A program made the translations under genes and the position numbers. The notes under the pieces were generated by a model. That model was given only the letters and a program-made list of their open reading frames with translations, was not told the origin of the DNA and made no database searches. Source: a virus. Taken from it: 64,000 nt of DNA. The stretch spans positions 1-64,000 of IMG/VR virus record IMGVR_UViG_3300036766_000678. One strand, written 5' to 3'. Shown piece by piece: positions 1 to 10,454 of the stretch; the stretch's first letter is position 1; the number at the start of each line of letters is the position of its first letter.

Positions 1-837
1 CTCCTATTTGAAATTTATTTTTGTACCGCACAGGAACAACAATACATTCTCTTGATTTATGCCCAAAATAAAAAGGGCTTGGAGGAACAAATCGAACAGA
101 GAAATAACATCCTTTTACTCGTGTATTATTTCGAAAATTCAAAAGAGTATTTTTTCTTTCATCTTTTAAGAATCTAAATTTACGAACAACTCGTTTAACT
201 TTCTTTTTTCTCATTAAGATGATTGTACTGATTAATCAATTCTAATGTATCTAAATTAGAAAGGGCTGCCTCTAACACTCTGTATTCTTGTTTTTGCATA
301 TAGGCATTGTAATCAGCTTTTTTAAATGAATACAAAAGAGCAAAGTGATCTACTTTCTTAAGATCTTGGTCGTACAACTCTACGGCTTCCCCCATATCAT
401 AATTGATAAGAGCATTATAATTTTTAATAAAATCTTCAACTTGCCCACTTACCGGAACAAAAATAGAATCCCCATATTTTTCTTTAGTGCCAAGAACAGA
501 TCTTGTTCTTATATCTCTAATTTGAAAATAATCAATAATGTTCTTAATAACCATATTGCCAAAGGAAAGAAAATCCAAATCCCAATACTCGTAAATGTAC
601 TTCCCAAGAAATATCTTCTATTTTGGAAACTTGAAATATAGTAGGAAAAGAAATTGCAAACATTCGTTCCCATTCTCCAAAAGAGTTTCTTTTAAAAAAT
701 GGCAAAGAGACATTTGGGGCCCTTAGACCAAACATAACCCAAGGAGTTTCTTTTGAAAAGAAATTTGCATTGCCTAATTTTATTAATGTGTGCCCATTTA
801 CTTCTAATTCAAAAAGTCCTAACATGTGGGGCCTCCT

Positions 838-1395
838 TTATAATTCTACTAGCTTTCGTAATATTTCTATTGTTAACCAAGTGTCATCTTTAGCAGTATG
901 CAAAGTATGTATAAATATCTCAAAATAATTTGCAATCTTTTCCAAAGAACCTTCTAAATCTCTTGAAACTTTTCCAGTTAATTTAAGAAATTGGGTAACA
1001 CACCCAGTATCTAAGTATCTATATGAAACATACTTGTTAATATTCTTAAGTAAATGTTCTTTTATAAACAAGATATCATGTTCTATCCCATGACCAAGTG
1101 GTGTAAGTTTAGTTTTTCCTTGTGGGGCATGCTTTTCTAAAAATTCATACAATAAAGTAGAAGCTTTCCCTTCGGTAACTGCTTCTTTGTCATGCTGTAC
1201 TAAATCAATTTTATTAATATTCAATGCTTCTGCTGTAACATGATATATACCATCATTAGGTTTAATCTTTAAATCCAATTCCCCATAAATAGTCTTTAAA
1301 TCTTCGTCGAGGACAATAAAATAAGCCGAAAGAATAGATTTGTCATTTGTTGTACCGCCTGCCTCAACGTCTAAAGCTATATAGTGTCTAGTCAT
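838..1395 (-). CDS. DEDDh 3'-5' exonuclease (DnaQ/oligoribonuclease-like)
   Basis: ExoI YIALDVEAGG, ExoII GHGIEHDILFI, ExoIII HTAKDD. Confidence 0.85.
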   Translation of the reverse strand: MTRHYIALDVEAGGTTNDKSILSAYFIVLDEDLKTIYGELDLKIKPNDGIYHVTAEALNINKIDLVQHDKEAVTEGKASTLLYEFLEKHAPQGKTKLTPLGHGIEHDILFIKEHLLKNINKYVSYRYLDTGCVTQFLKLTGKVSRDLEGSLEKIANYFEIFIHTLHTAKDDTWLTIEILRKLVEL

Positions 1396-2095
1396 TTCTA
1401 CGTTTCCCTGTTTTAAGATTTATTTCGCCCTTTAATGCCATGTAATCAAATATTAGAGCTTCACACAAACAGCACCCGCAAGGGGCTCCATGAGGCTCAC
1501 AAACACTCAAGATAGCGGAGCGTAAGAATGCTATTCTTTCATCTTTTGTTGAAGATATCCATTTTACTTTACTTTTCATATATCATCTCTTTTATAATGA
1601 ATTTTTGGTTTTGGATTTTTCTCCTCTTCTGTTAAACCACCATAATCTACTTCACCTGTACTATTAATACAACGATCACAGGGAAGAGTAGCGGGATTTC
1701 CAGAAGCATTCCTTCCATAAATTGTTTTGCATCCTTGACATTTAGGGCATTTAACTAGTGGATATTTTTCTCTCATATTATTCAGACCACGGTTCTTCTC
1801 GTTTATCAAACATTTCTTCTACTAAATTTTCTTTTTCTCTTAAATTCCATTCAAGATCAAGAAGGGTATCCATAATCTTTATTTTATTATCACAAATAGG
1901 TAATCCTGCCACATGAGTTATAAATTTCTGTACTTCTTCAAGAAGTAATTTGTTAGAATTCATGGTCGGTATTCTTCCTTATCTTGCAGCAATTCTTTAA
2001 GATCTCTAAGAAGTTCATATGTTTTAGGGAAGATATCTTTTCTGATAACTTCTTTCTTTATTTCTTTTTTACGAGTAGACAGTTTTTTAGACATA

Positions 2096-2440
2096 TTAAG
2101 CCCCCTCATTATCTCGCAATTTTTGATCGAGCCATTGTATTATTTGGAACTCAAGCAATATGAAACCATCTGTATCAAATTGGGCAATATAATCTCGTTT
2201 AAAATCCTGACAGTATAAAAGAGAAGTATCTTTATCCCCAGTTACATCATAAAGAATAGCCAAACTTAACTGACTCGGGCCTTGCCCGAAATACCCCCAT
2301 TCACAATCGGGGGCATAATCTTTTATCTCTCTAGAAGGGCAAAGATCTAAAATCTGACTGTCTACGTACACTACAGCTTTATATCCTAGGACAGTTCTTA
2401 TACCTTTATACAGTTTTAAACTTTCCATTTTTAATCTCAT
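2096..2440 (-). CDS. DUF6166-like hypothetical protein
   Basis: EWGYFGQGPSQLSLAIL resembles the recalled WGYxGxGPxQLxLAIL motif. Confidence 0.55.
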   Translation of the reverse strand: MRLKMESLKLYKGIRTVLGYKAVVYVDSQILDLCPSREIKDYAPDCEWGYFGQGPSQLSLAILYDVTGDKDTSLLYCQDFKRDYIAQFDTDGFILLEFQIIQWLDQKLRDNEGA

Positions 2441-2636
2441 AAAGATGCTCTAGATATTTTAAGTTGTCTTGTTTGAACTTCATACACATACATAAAGATT
2501 CCATGCCCCCACCATTAAACTTATAACAAGCATCTTGAATATAATCAGAAATTTCATAAGATCTTTTTATAAAATATTCTGGGATATGGGTTAAAATTGA
2601 ATGGCCACAAATGCAAATTTTCTTAACATTCTTCAT
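2406..2636 (-). CDS. NLEYLE-family small Cys/His protein
   Basis: CICGH..TH ... CMCMKFKQDNLKYLEHLYE. Confidence 0.8.
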   Translation of the reverse strand: MKNVKKICICGHSILTHIPEYFIKRSYEISDYIQDACYKFNGGGMESLCMCMKFKQDNLKYLEHLYEIKNGKFKTV

Positions 2637-2884
2637 TTCTTTCCCTTTCGTTTCCTTTTTTGTTTTTTATCATATAAGCTTTCTAAGTATTTTAAATTAT
2701 CTGCTGGAGCATATTTTCTGCATTTACATTGAATATAAGTGCCATCTTTTTCTATATGAGCATCAATACACTTTCCAGTATCATCATATAAAAAGGAATG
2801 GGCCATCATAATATGAGAACAATTGCGACATTTAGCAATTGCTTTTAAGAAATGTTCTTCTTCAGATTCAATATTATTCGTAAT
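2633..2884 (-). CDS. NLEYLE-family small Cys/His protein, not in ORF track; start uncertain (ATT or an internal ATG)
   Basis: Manual translation: ...KCRNCSHIMMAH...QCKCRKYAPADNLKYLESLYDKKQ...; in-frame TAG lies just before the ATT at 2884. Confidence 0.7.
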   Translation of the reverse strand: MTNNIESEEEHFLKAIAKCRNCSHIMMAHSFLYDDTGKCIDAHIEKDGTYIQCKCRKYAPADNLKYLESLYDKKQKRKRKGKK

Positions 2885-4006
2885 CTATTTCCTTTTCATT
2901 TTCTTTAAGTTTTCTTTCAAGTTTTTCTATTTCCATTTTCTTTTTGTATTTTTTCCAAGTTAACTTACCTAATTTCCACCAAGAAATATTATTTAATTCA
3001 TTTCCTATTTCTGATATTAATTCCTGGCGAACTAAAAAAATATCCATTTGAATCCTATAAATTACCTTTAAAAGCCACAAAAGAAAAACTGTACTTATAA
3101 ACAATAAAATAAAAGAAACTATAACAATGAGAGATAGCACACAAATTAATATAAATAAAAGAACTGGAATCCAAAATAAACTACTTCCTACCAATAATAG
3201 GAATTTGACCATCGAAACTATCCTCTTTTAAAAACTTTACCGCCCGTAAAACAACATTATTTCGAGTTCATCACCATCTATATCCTTTAAAGAAAAATGA
3301 ACATTCAAATTTTCATCGAGTACAAGAGAAGAATACCCTTTTATTTGATGAGAAAAAATCGCTTGCCCAAGAATGCGCTTCATAGCAGATTTTATATTCT
3401 GCTCTGTAGCAAATGCCGCATTACAAGCAAGCTCCTGAGATAAAAGGAGATCAAACATCTTTTGATACGTTTCAGGGGAAAAACTAGCCATTTTGTTGAA
3501 ATTCTAATATTTTTTAATATGATTTAAAAATTTTCTTTTTGTCATATTTCTTTTCATCAAATTACAAACAATACAACAGAGAACTACGTTTTTTATAAAC
3601 TTCATCTATTATTCGACGAATCTTATTAAGATTATCTATTACTTCAAGCGCAATAAGATTATTCACGCTACTTTTTAAAAGATTCTTTATAAGTTGGGAT
3701 TTGGAAATATCCTTTTCAAATACATATCTCCACGCATCTACTTCAAAATGAACTCTTAAAACAGCATCTTGTGGTAATACATCTTTTAAAAACATCATAA
3801 GAATTGAACGTTGAGTAAATAATGAAAATAAACCTTCATATTTCTTATTTGAATACGTTAACTGAAGTTTTTTCATAGAGAAACTCCAAATAAAGCTAGA
3901 AATCCCATAGTTAAAAATGTACCTACAAAAACAATTACAACGGTTGCAACGGGAATTGCTAAAAGAAATAAAATACTATAAAGAAGATCTTTCCTATTTT
4001 CTGCTG

Positions 4007-4288
4007 TCACTCTGCACCTAATTTCTTTCTAAGAGCTGTTGTGTTATCCGCAGTTATCTTTGAGGTAATTTGTACTTGTTCTACAATTGAAATAATTCTA
4101 CGAAGAAGTTCTCTATAGGTTTTGGCCTCGTTATCTGAGGCATTCACCAATCCAATAGTGGCCCAGCCAATAAATATACCTATAAGTAAACCTACAAGGA
4201 ATTTTTTCATTTTAATTATATTGGGTCTTGTTCCAATCAGAGTTAGGATCACTCGGGATATCTTTATATTTTTCCATAACTTTATCAA
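4007..4288 (-). CDS. Small membrane-anchored or secreted protein
   Basis: MKKFLVGLLIGIFIGWATIGLVNA hydrophobic segment followed by a helical region. Confidence 0.55.
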   Translation of the reverse strand: MIKLWKNIKISRVILTLIGTRPNIIKMKKFLVGLLIGIFIGWATIGLVNASDNEAKTYRELLRRIISIVEQVQITSKITADNTTALRKKLGAE

Positions 4289-4426
4289 CTATTTCTGAAC
4301 ATGCTTCGCATTTAAGCAAATGCTGTTGTAATAAATAAAAGTTACTTACAGTTAATCCTTCTACCTTTTTGAAAGGATTGACCTTAATTTGCTGAATCAA
4401 TTCGCAAAAAGATATATTTTTAGACA

Positions 4427-4651
4427 TTAAGCAGTCGTAGTTTGGGTATTTTCTACTACAGTATTAAGAACTTTATTTGCACGGGCCGCTCTAATTCCTT
4501 TTGCAATCGCCAATTTATGGGCAACACTCTTCTTATGACCCTTAAGGGCAACAGAGATTGCTGCTGAATGTTCTGGTGTAAATGTCTTACCCACTTTCGC
4601 GGCACTTATTTTTGCTTTTGTCTCTTCCGAATGATTTTGCCCCTTCTTCAT
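4427..4651 (-). CDS. NUMOD3-repeat-only small basic protein
   Basis: KGQNHSEETKAKIS, GKTFTPEHSAAIS, GHKKSVAHKLAIA; no nuclease domain. Confidence 0.75.
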   Translation of the reverse strand: MKKGQNHSEETKAKISAAKVGKTFTPEHSAAISVALKGHKKSVAHKLAIAKGIRAARANKVLNTVVENTQTTTA

Positions 4652-4886
4652 ATTACGTTCTCCTTTATCTTATCTTTTTATACTTCTATCTTAACTATAT
4701 ACCCAAATACTTACTTTGCCAACCCATGTGCTTCTTCACAAGCACGCCATCCAAATCTATACTGAGATTCTAAAGCTAACTGAATATTCTTACTATGCTT
4801 ATAACCTTCCCATCCAGCTTGATAACCTTTGTGAACAAGATAACTACCTAAAATTAAACTATAAATAACTAATACAACAACCATCT

Positions 4887-5084
4887 TTATCTTTTCCATT
4901 TAAACTCCTTAAATTTCAACAATCCTTCTAAATATTCTAAATTTGTCATATTGCATCGTTTCAAATGATCATCCAACTCTTTTATAGAACGTGACCAGCA
5001 CATAGAACGACTGGTACTCTCTTTTTTAAAGAACCAAATAGCTTTTTTCTTTTTACTTATTCCCCATCTGGTATCGCTAATCAT
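4887..5084 (-). CDS. NLEYLE-motif protein lacking the Cys/His knuckle
   Basis: C-terminal MTNLEYLEGLLK. Confidence 0.6.
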   Translation of the reverse strand: MISDTRWGISKKKKAIWFFKKESTSRSMCWSRSIKELDDHLKRCNMTNLEYLEGLLKFKEFKWKR

Positions 5085-5358
5085 TTCGCCCTAATAGGCA
5101 ATTTGGGTTTTCCACTACAACGTATTGCTTGCCAAACTCATCAATTAGAAAACTCCCATCATTCTCTTGTCTGACAAAATATCCTTTTGCAACTAATTGA
5201 TTTTGAGAATTGTAGCATTCCATTTGTGGGTTTCCGATAATGTTAACTAGTCTTTTATTTTCATTAATTATCTGGCCATTACGATCTAGAGTTACCCACT
5301 TGAAATAGCTGCAACTAGACAGAAGTAGCGCAGAACCAATAAAAATTAAATATCTCAT
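5077..5358 (-). CDS. Putative lipoprotein
   Basis: Signal peptide ending in lipobox LLSSC. Confidence 0.65.
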   Translation of the reverse strand: MRYLIFIGSALLLSSCSYFKWVTLDRNGQIINENKRLVNIIGNPQMECYNSQNQLVAKGYFVRQENDGSFLIDEFGKQYVVVENPNCLLGRND

Positions 5359-5496
5359 TTCTTTATCTCTTCCTTTTTACCTAAAGATCTACCCATAAGA
5401 AGTTCCCTTATCTCTTCAAATGTGGGTTCTCGTCCGTAATCTTTTATGAAGATTTTAATTGTTGTCTTAATAGCTTTTCCATTAATAAGTGCCATG

Positions 5497-5751
5497 TTAT
5501 TGTTTCCTTTCCAGTTCATTTATCTTTTGACTAGTCAAATCTTTCTTCCTAAAACAATGGGCTTGATCATAATTATGATATTGTTCTGTACATTCCTTCA
5601 TGCTGTTAAAATTACATTCTATAGTCTTTTTTTTATAGTCAATCAAGCAATACTGGCTATCCCCAACTCTGGTAAATTTCTTTACTGAAGAACATCCAGT
5701 TAGTAAAAGAGCAACACTACTAAATTGCAATAAGCGGGAAAACATAGCCAT
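5497..5751 (-). CDS. Putative lipoprotein
   Basis: Signal peptide ending in lipobox LLTGC. Confidence 0.65.
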   Translation of the reverse strand: MAMFSRLLQFSSVALLLTGCSSVKKFTRVGDSQYCLIDYKKKTIECNFNSMKECTEQYHNYDQAHCFRKKDLTSQKINELERKQ

Positions 5752-5937
5752 ACCCTTCTTCTAAAGTTTGACGAGATAACGTAGATCCTGCTGGATGATC
5801 TTTCAAAGATACAGTTATATTGTAAATGCCAAAATCAGGTATCCCATCAAATCCAACTCGTTGAATTCCTTCAAATTCAATAATTTGAGGGGGTACTTTA
5901 TCAAATGCACTATAAAGAAATAGTTTTGTACCTTTTC

Positions 5938-6294
5938 TCATATCTTCTCTGTTTGATGCCCCATGTATCTAGTAAAATGGACTGCTTTTATTCCTGATTC
6001 TGAAATCAATTCCCAACAGTATTGGCATGGGCGAGCTAAGGCCCAGACTCCATCCTTTGTTTCCCTAAATACATACAATTCACAATCTTTTAAATCTTGT
6101 TTAGCTAATAAAATTGCGGCCATTTCTGAATGTAACGAAAAATGTGGATGTGTGGACTTCGGATGGGTTTTTGTATTATTAGTCCCCACACTTACAATTT
6201 TAGAACCACGAACAATAACAGATCCAAGTTTGTGATGTCCATGATTAGATAGTTTAGAAATTTTTTTGGCAAGATCAAAGAATTTAACGTTCAT
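5938..6294 (-). CDS. Cytidine/dCMP deaminase-like zinc protein
   Basis: HSE and PCQYC (HxE...PCxxC); VSVGTN. Confidence 0.85.
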   Translation of the reverse strand: MNVKFFDLAKKISKLSNHGHHKLGSVIVRGSKIVSVGTNNTKTHPKSTHPHFSLHSEMAAILLAKQDLKDCELYVFRETKDGVWALARPCQYCWELISESGIKAVHFTRYMGHQTEKI

Positions 6295-6837
6295 TTAATC
6301 ACCATAATCCTTATCACTTTCAGGTTCAAAAGGATCTTCCCCATGACTTTTAAAATATTCACCGCGTTCAATATCTTCCAATTCCATACGTTCATAAGCA
6401 TCATCAGCCCATACTCTAGCGAAATTGGCAGCTTCTTCTGGTATATAAGAAGTTCCATGTACTGACAAAATATGCTCTACCATAGGCAGAACACCTTCTA
6501 CAAGCTCAGAACATTCGGCACATTCAATAGGTACATCTTTATCTGAATACTCCATATTATTTATTTCCTTTATTAAGCTTGGCAAGAATTAAATCGGATG
6601 CTTCTTTGCTCCATGCTTGAGCAATCGTCTTATCCAAAGTACGATCTACAATATTCCAATAATTATAGCGGTTACGATTACAATCCCAACTCTCACCTTT
6701 GATAACATAATATCGTGTTCGCTTCATATTATTCTTCATCCTCATTGAGAGTATTACATTCCGTGCAATCAACTAGAATGCACTTCTTTTCTTCAATCCA
6801 TCTGTCAATATTTTGATCAATTAGTTTATCAGGCATT

Positions 6838-6969
6838 TTAAATTACTTCCTCAGGTTGGCAATTACAACTCTTTATCCAAATAAATTGCCCCATAATTAT
6901 ATGCTCTTCATAATGAGCTTTTCCATTACAAACTATTTGTTTATATGTACTTTGCGAAAGTATCTTCAT
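6838..6969 (-). CDS. 43-aa protein, paralog of 16568..16744 (not in track)
   Basis: MKILSQSTYKQIVCNGKAHYEEHIIMGQFIWIKSCNC; ATG 6 nt after a consensus -10. Confidence 0.6.
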   Translation of the reverse strand: MKILSQSTYKQIVCNGKAHYEEHIIMGQFIWIKSCNCQPEEVI

Positions 6970-6975
6970 ATATTA

Positions 6976-7004
6976 AGTATAACAGAAGTAGGTAAGATTG
7001 TCAA
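6976..7004 (-). promoter_or_regulatory. Sigma70-type promoter P1
   Basis: TTGACA-N17-TATACT with TGn extension. Confidence 0.85.
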
Positions 7005-7773
7005 GCCTTTTTCTTCTTCCCTTTGACCTTTACTTTCCCTTCATCCGTTACTTCGACCTCAACGACGACGATTTTCTCTTCAGAACCTTTCTTTTTAAGT
7101 GCCAATTTAGTATGCCTCCTTATTGAATGTTAATAAGTGTTAATTCCATTTAAAGCTTTCCGAATCATATGGTACAATTATTTCATCACCATCTTTGCCT
7201 GTGGCTATCTGTGGGTAATAATTATCACAAACACACGATCCAAGATCCCCCTGACACCACCACAACCTTAAATCTTCGCTACAAGCATGATCCTTAAATG
7301 GGTGCCCACAAAGCTTGCAAGGTATGCTTAGATCGTCTCCCAACTTAGTATGTACTCCCTTATCAATTTGTTAAATGCTTTAGGAAATTTGTTAGCTACC
7401 TCAATCAAAGTGGACTTATCCATCTCAAGAGTTTTCTTTTCACCACAAGCTTGGCAAGTTTCCACTACATCCACCAAATTTTGATCTTCGAGAGTATAGA
7501 AAACGTTTGTAATGACAAAGGCATGTTTATCATTAACTGTAAAAAACTTAAATACCTTCTTTGTTCTATTCGGGCATTTGTTCATTAGGTTGCTCTGCCT
7601 TAAGAAGATCTACCAGCATTCTATAATTGGATAGCTGGTCATGTCTTTGAAAGAGTTCCTGGTTCAGCAACCACAAAGCTTCTTCGTGCTTATAATGATC
7701 TGGCTGAGCTTGAAGAAATAGAATAGAATACTCCAGCCTATTGGCTGCATGTTCTCTTTCTTTTACTTCGCAC

Positions 7774-7983
7774 TCAATGAGTTCGAGATTCATAAATTGT
7801 TTCTAGATATTTTAAATTGTCTAATTTGAAAGTGTGCCAAGGACCTGAATAAGATTTCATACCTACATATGAATTTACATATTCTTTATAATTATCCTGA
7901 TATATGATTAAACAACTTTTGCACATTTTAGAAGTATGTTCACTTTTAGGACATCCACAATCTTTGCACTCTTGTCTTCTCAA
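7774..7983 (-). CDS. NLEYLE-family small Cys/His protein
   Basis: CKDCGCPKSEH..CKSC ... LDNLKYLETIYE. Confidence 0.8.
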   Translation of the reverse strand: MRRQECKDCGCPKSEHTSKMCKSCLIIYQDNYKEYVNSYVGMKSYSGPWHTFKLDNLKYLETIYESRTH

Positions 7984-8002
7984 TTTTTCTCCTATAATAG
8001 TC

Positions 8003-8039
8003 GCTGAATGAAAGGGGAGGGAGGTTCTTTCATTCAGCT
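8003..8039. other. Intergenic 11-bp inverted repeat (hairpin)
   Basis: GCTGAATGAAA-N15-TTTCATTCAGC; no clear U-tract on the minus strand. Confidence 0.5.
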
Positions 8040-9342
8040 AAATTGGTTATTTCTTCTTTCTCTTAAGCTTCTTCTTTACAGAAGCTATTTTCTTTTTAAT
8101 TTTTGACAAAAGCTTTGGATTTAACTCTTCCATCTCAGGCTGTTTAGGTATACAAGCCTCGCAATAACACTCAACTTTATCTGGCAAAGGAGAACCATTT
8201 TCATTAAACAGGTGATCATCATTTGAGCACTTAAAATGATCTCCAAGCACAGTTGGTACAGATTCTTTTCCACATAGTGGACAAGGAATCCTTTTCTCAT
8301 ATCCTTTAAAATCAAGAAGTTCTTTATAAGCGTCCATTGCTATTCCTCTACAACCTCTTCATACTCTGCTGCTTCTTTAGCAGCATCTCTTGCTGCCTTA
8401 CGAGCCTTGCGTAATTTACGACCAGCTTCTTTATTTGTAAGAAAAATCTTCGTGCGCGACCCCTTACGAGATTTTCTACTTTTAGTATCTGCTTTCTTTG
8501 GATATGCAATATATTTTGGCATTTTAATTTCTCCCTTTTCTTATTTTCTTTGGCACACTTCTAATAAAATCTGGCAAATGCTCTGACGGCTTTAAACATG
8601 CACAATCTTCGCTAAAGAAAACAGGCCATTTTCCTGCCCCAACAGAATTACGGACTTTATTCATATATCCACAAGTGCATATAAGTGCATCATTGCCCCA
8701 GATACTTTTTAACTGATTAACACAAGGGCAAGTACAATACATATTTTGACAATCACGAAACATGTGTGAATTCAAAGGAAGTTTCTTGCAGTTATTACAA
8801 GTAATATTAGGTGTTACCATTTGACTTCCTTTAAAGGAAGAATGTAAAGTTCATAAGGTCTTAGTTTGTTTTTACCTTTTACCACTTTGATTCCTTTAGC
8901 TAATCCCACACCAACAACATTCTCACCAAATTTCTTGGCTTTTTGTTTTGTCTTAAATATGTCATGCAAAATCCATGTCATATTATCTTACCGAATGTTC
9001 CTTAATATGAGAAATAATCTTTCTTGAATATTTTTCCACATCTGGAACTTTTCCTTTAAAAGCCTCATTAACAGATTCTTTGACCAATTTCATAAGGATA
9101 AGAGATATATCAGCTTCAATAATATCTCTATCCAACTTCTTCAACTTCAAGTCGTCATCCATTTTATTCTTCCCAAAGTTTTTCAGGTTTCATATCTATA
9201 GCCATTCCAAAATATTGCCAATGCTTTTTGGGATCTTTTAAATTATGTTGTACTTCTAAATGTACACCATAAGCTGGCATAGAAACAAAAGCAAACTCTT
9301 TAGGACATAAAGGACATTTAAATGTTTTATATTTTCTCATTG

Positions 9343-10389
9343 TTATTTCTTCCCTTCTTTAGATTCCTTCATAGAACGTCCTACAGCCTCAGTAATCCGA
9401 TCATCCTTGCCTAGTTCACTTACAATCTCAGGAGGAAGGTTATGAGCAAACATGGCTTGCATATCAGCCGAAAGGTCAAGCAAGAAGTCTTTCACATTCT
9501 CCAGTTGTTTCTTACCAAGCTTCTTTGTCTGTTCAATAAGGCTGATAAGCTCTTTGATTGTTACATACATAGCATCCTGCTGAGTTTTTTGCTTAAGGAC
9601 ACGTTCACGTACAGATTCATAATCCTTAAGTACTGCTTCCCCATTGACAGGACGTTCATAGTGCTCATCTAGATACTTTCGGAAGGCAGCAGCGGCTTCT
9701 TTGCCCACAATACCTGCAATGATTTCAAATTCTAAGTCTTTGGGGATAACATTATGCCTTTTTAGTAAAGTAAGTGTGTCCCCCCATCCAGCAGGAGTAC
9801 GAATAACTGGGAAATCAAAAGTCTCTGGAACAAATAACATATCCTTATGTGTTCCAATAAAACCAACAATGTCAGAAGGAATATTTCCCTCTTTAAGAGC
9901 CCAGTCAATCCAACTGTCTGTATGTGGCTCGACCATAATAACGGAGCATCGTCGAACGAGAGCACGATCAAGAGTTTCGACCTGATACTCACCATTGTCT
10001 GGATTCATAGCCAAAACAATAGTCCACCCTGCTGGTAAAGTATGGGTATGAAGCTTACGATCCCAAATTAATTGAAAAATACATTGACGGATATCATTAG
10101 GAGCCCTATTCAATTCTTCAAGACAAAGAATTCCCTTAGTTCCCTCTTTAGGCCACCATTCTGGAATTGCCCATCGTGTTACATTCCCGTCACGATAAGG
10201 ATTGCCAATTACATCCCCTGGTTCCTGTGTAGCTAAACGCAAATCAATAAATCCCACATCCAATTCTTTTGTAAGTTGCTTTTCTATCGCAGATTTTCCA
10301 ATTCCAGTAGGACCAATGATAGCTACCGTAACTGGAACTTGTTTTTCCACGATTCCCCGAATGTATCTTTTGGCATCTTGGATGTGCAT
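9343..10389 (-). CDS. MoxR-like AAA+ ATPase
   Basis: Walker A GPTGIGKS, Walker B LCLEELNRA, sensor AMNP, LDRALVRR; adjacent to a vWA gene. Confidence 0.85.
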   Translation of the reverse strand: MHIQDAKRYIRGIVEKQVPVTVAIIGPTGIGKSAIEKQLTKELDVGFIDLRLATQEPGDVIGNPYRDGNVTRWAIPEWWPKEGTKGILCLEELNRAPNDIRQCIFQLIWDRKLHTHTLPAGWTIVLAMNPDNGEYQVETLDRALVRRCSVIMVEPHTDSWIDWALKEGNIPSDIVGFIGTHKDMLFVPETFDFPVIRTPAGWGDTLTLLKRHNVIPKDLEFEIIAGIVGKEAAAAFRKYLDEHYERPVNGEAVLKDYESVRERVLKQKTQQDAMYVTIKELISLIEQTKKLGKKQLENVKDFLLDLSADMQAMFAHNLPPEIVSELGKDDRITEAVGRSMKESKEGKK

Positions 10390-10425
10390 TTTACTTTCTC
10401 CCTTTCATTTTATTCCTACAATTTA

Positions 10426-10454
10426 AATATAGCATAAGTTTATCTACTTGTCAA
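10426..10454 (-). promoter_or_regulatory. Sigma70-type promoter overlapping the vWA gene 3' end
   Basis: TTGACA-N17-TATATT; the TTGACA encodes Leu-Thr near the end of 10440..11717. Confidence 0.65.

Noticed and set aside
8003-8039. Hairpin as an intrinsic terminator
   Set aside because: No U-tract follows on the coding strand; kept only as an unclassified inverted repeat.
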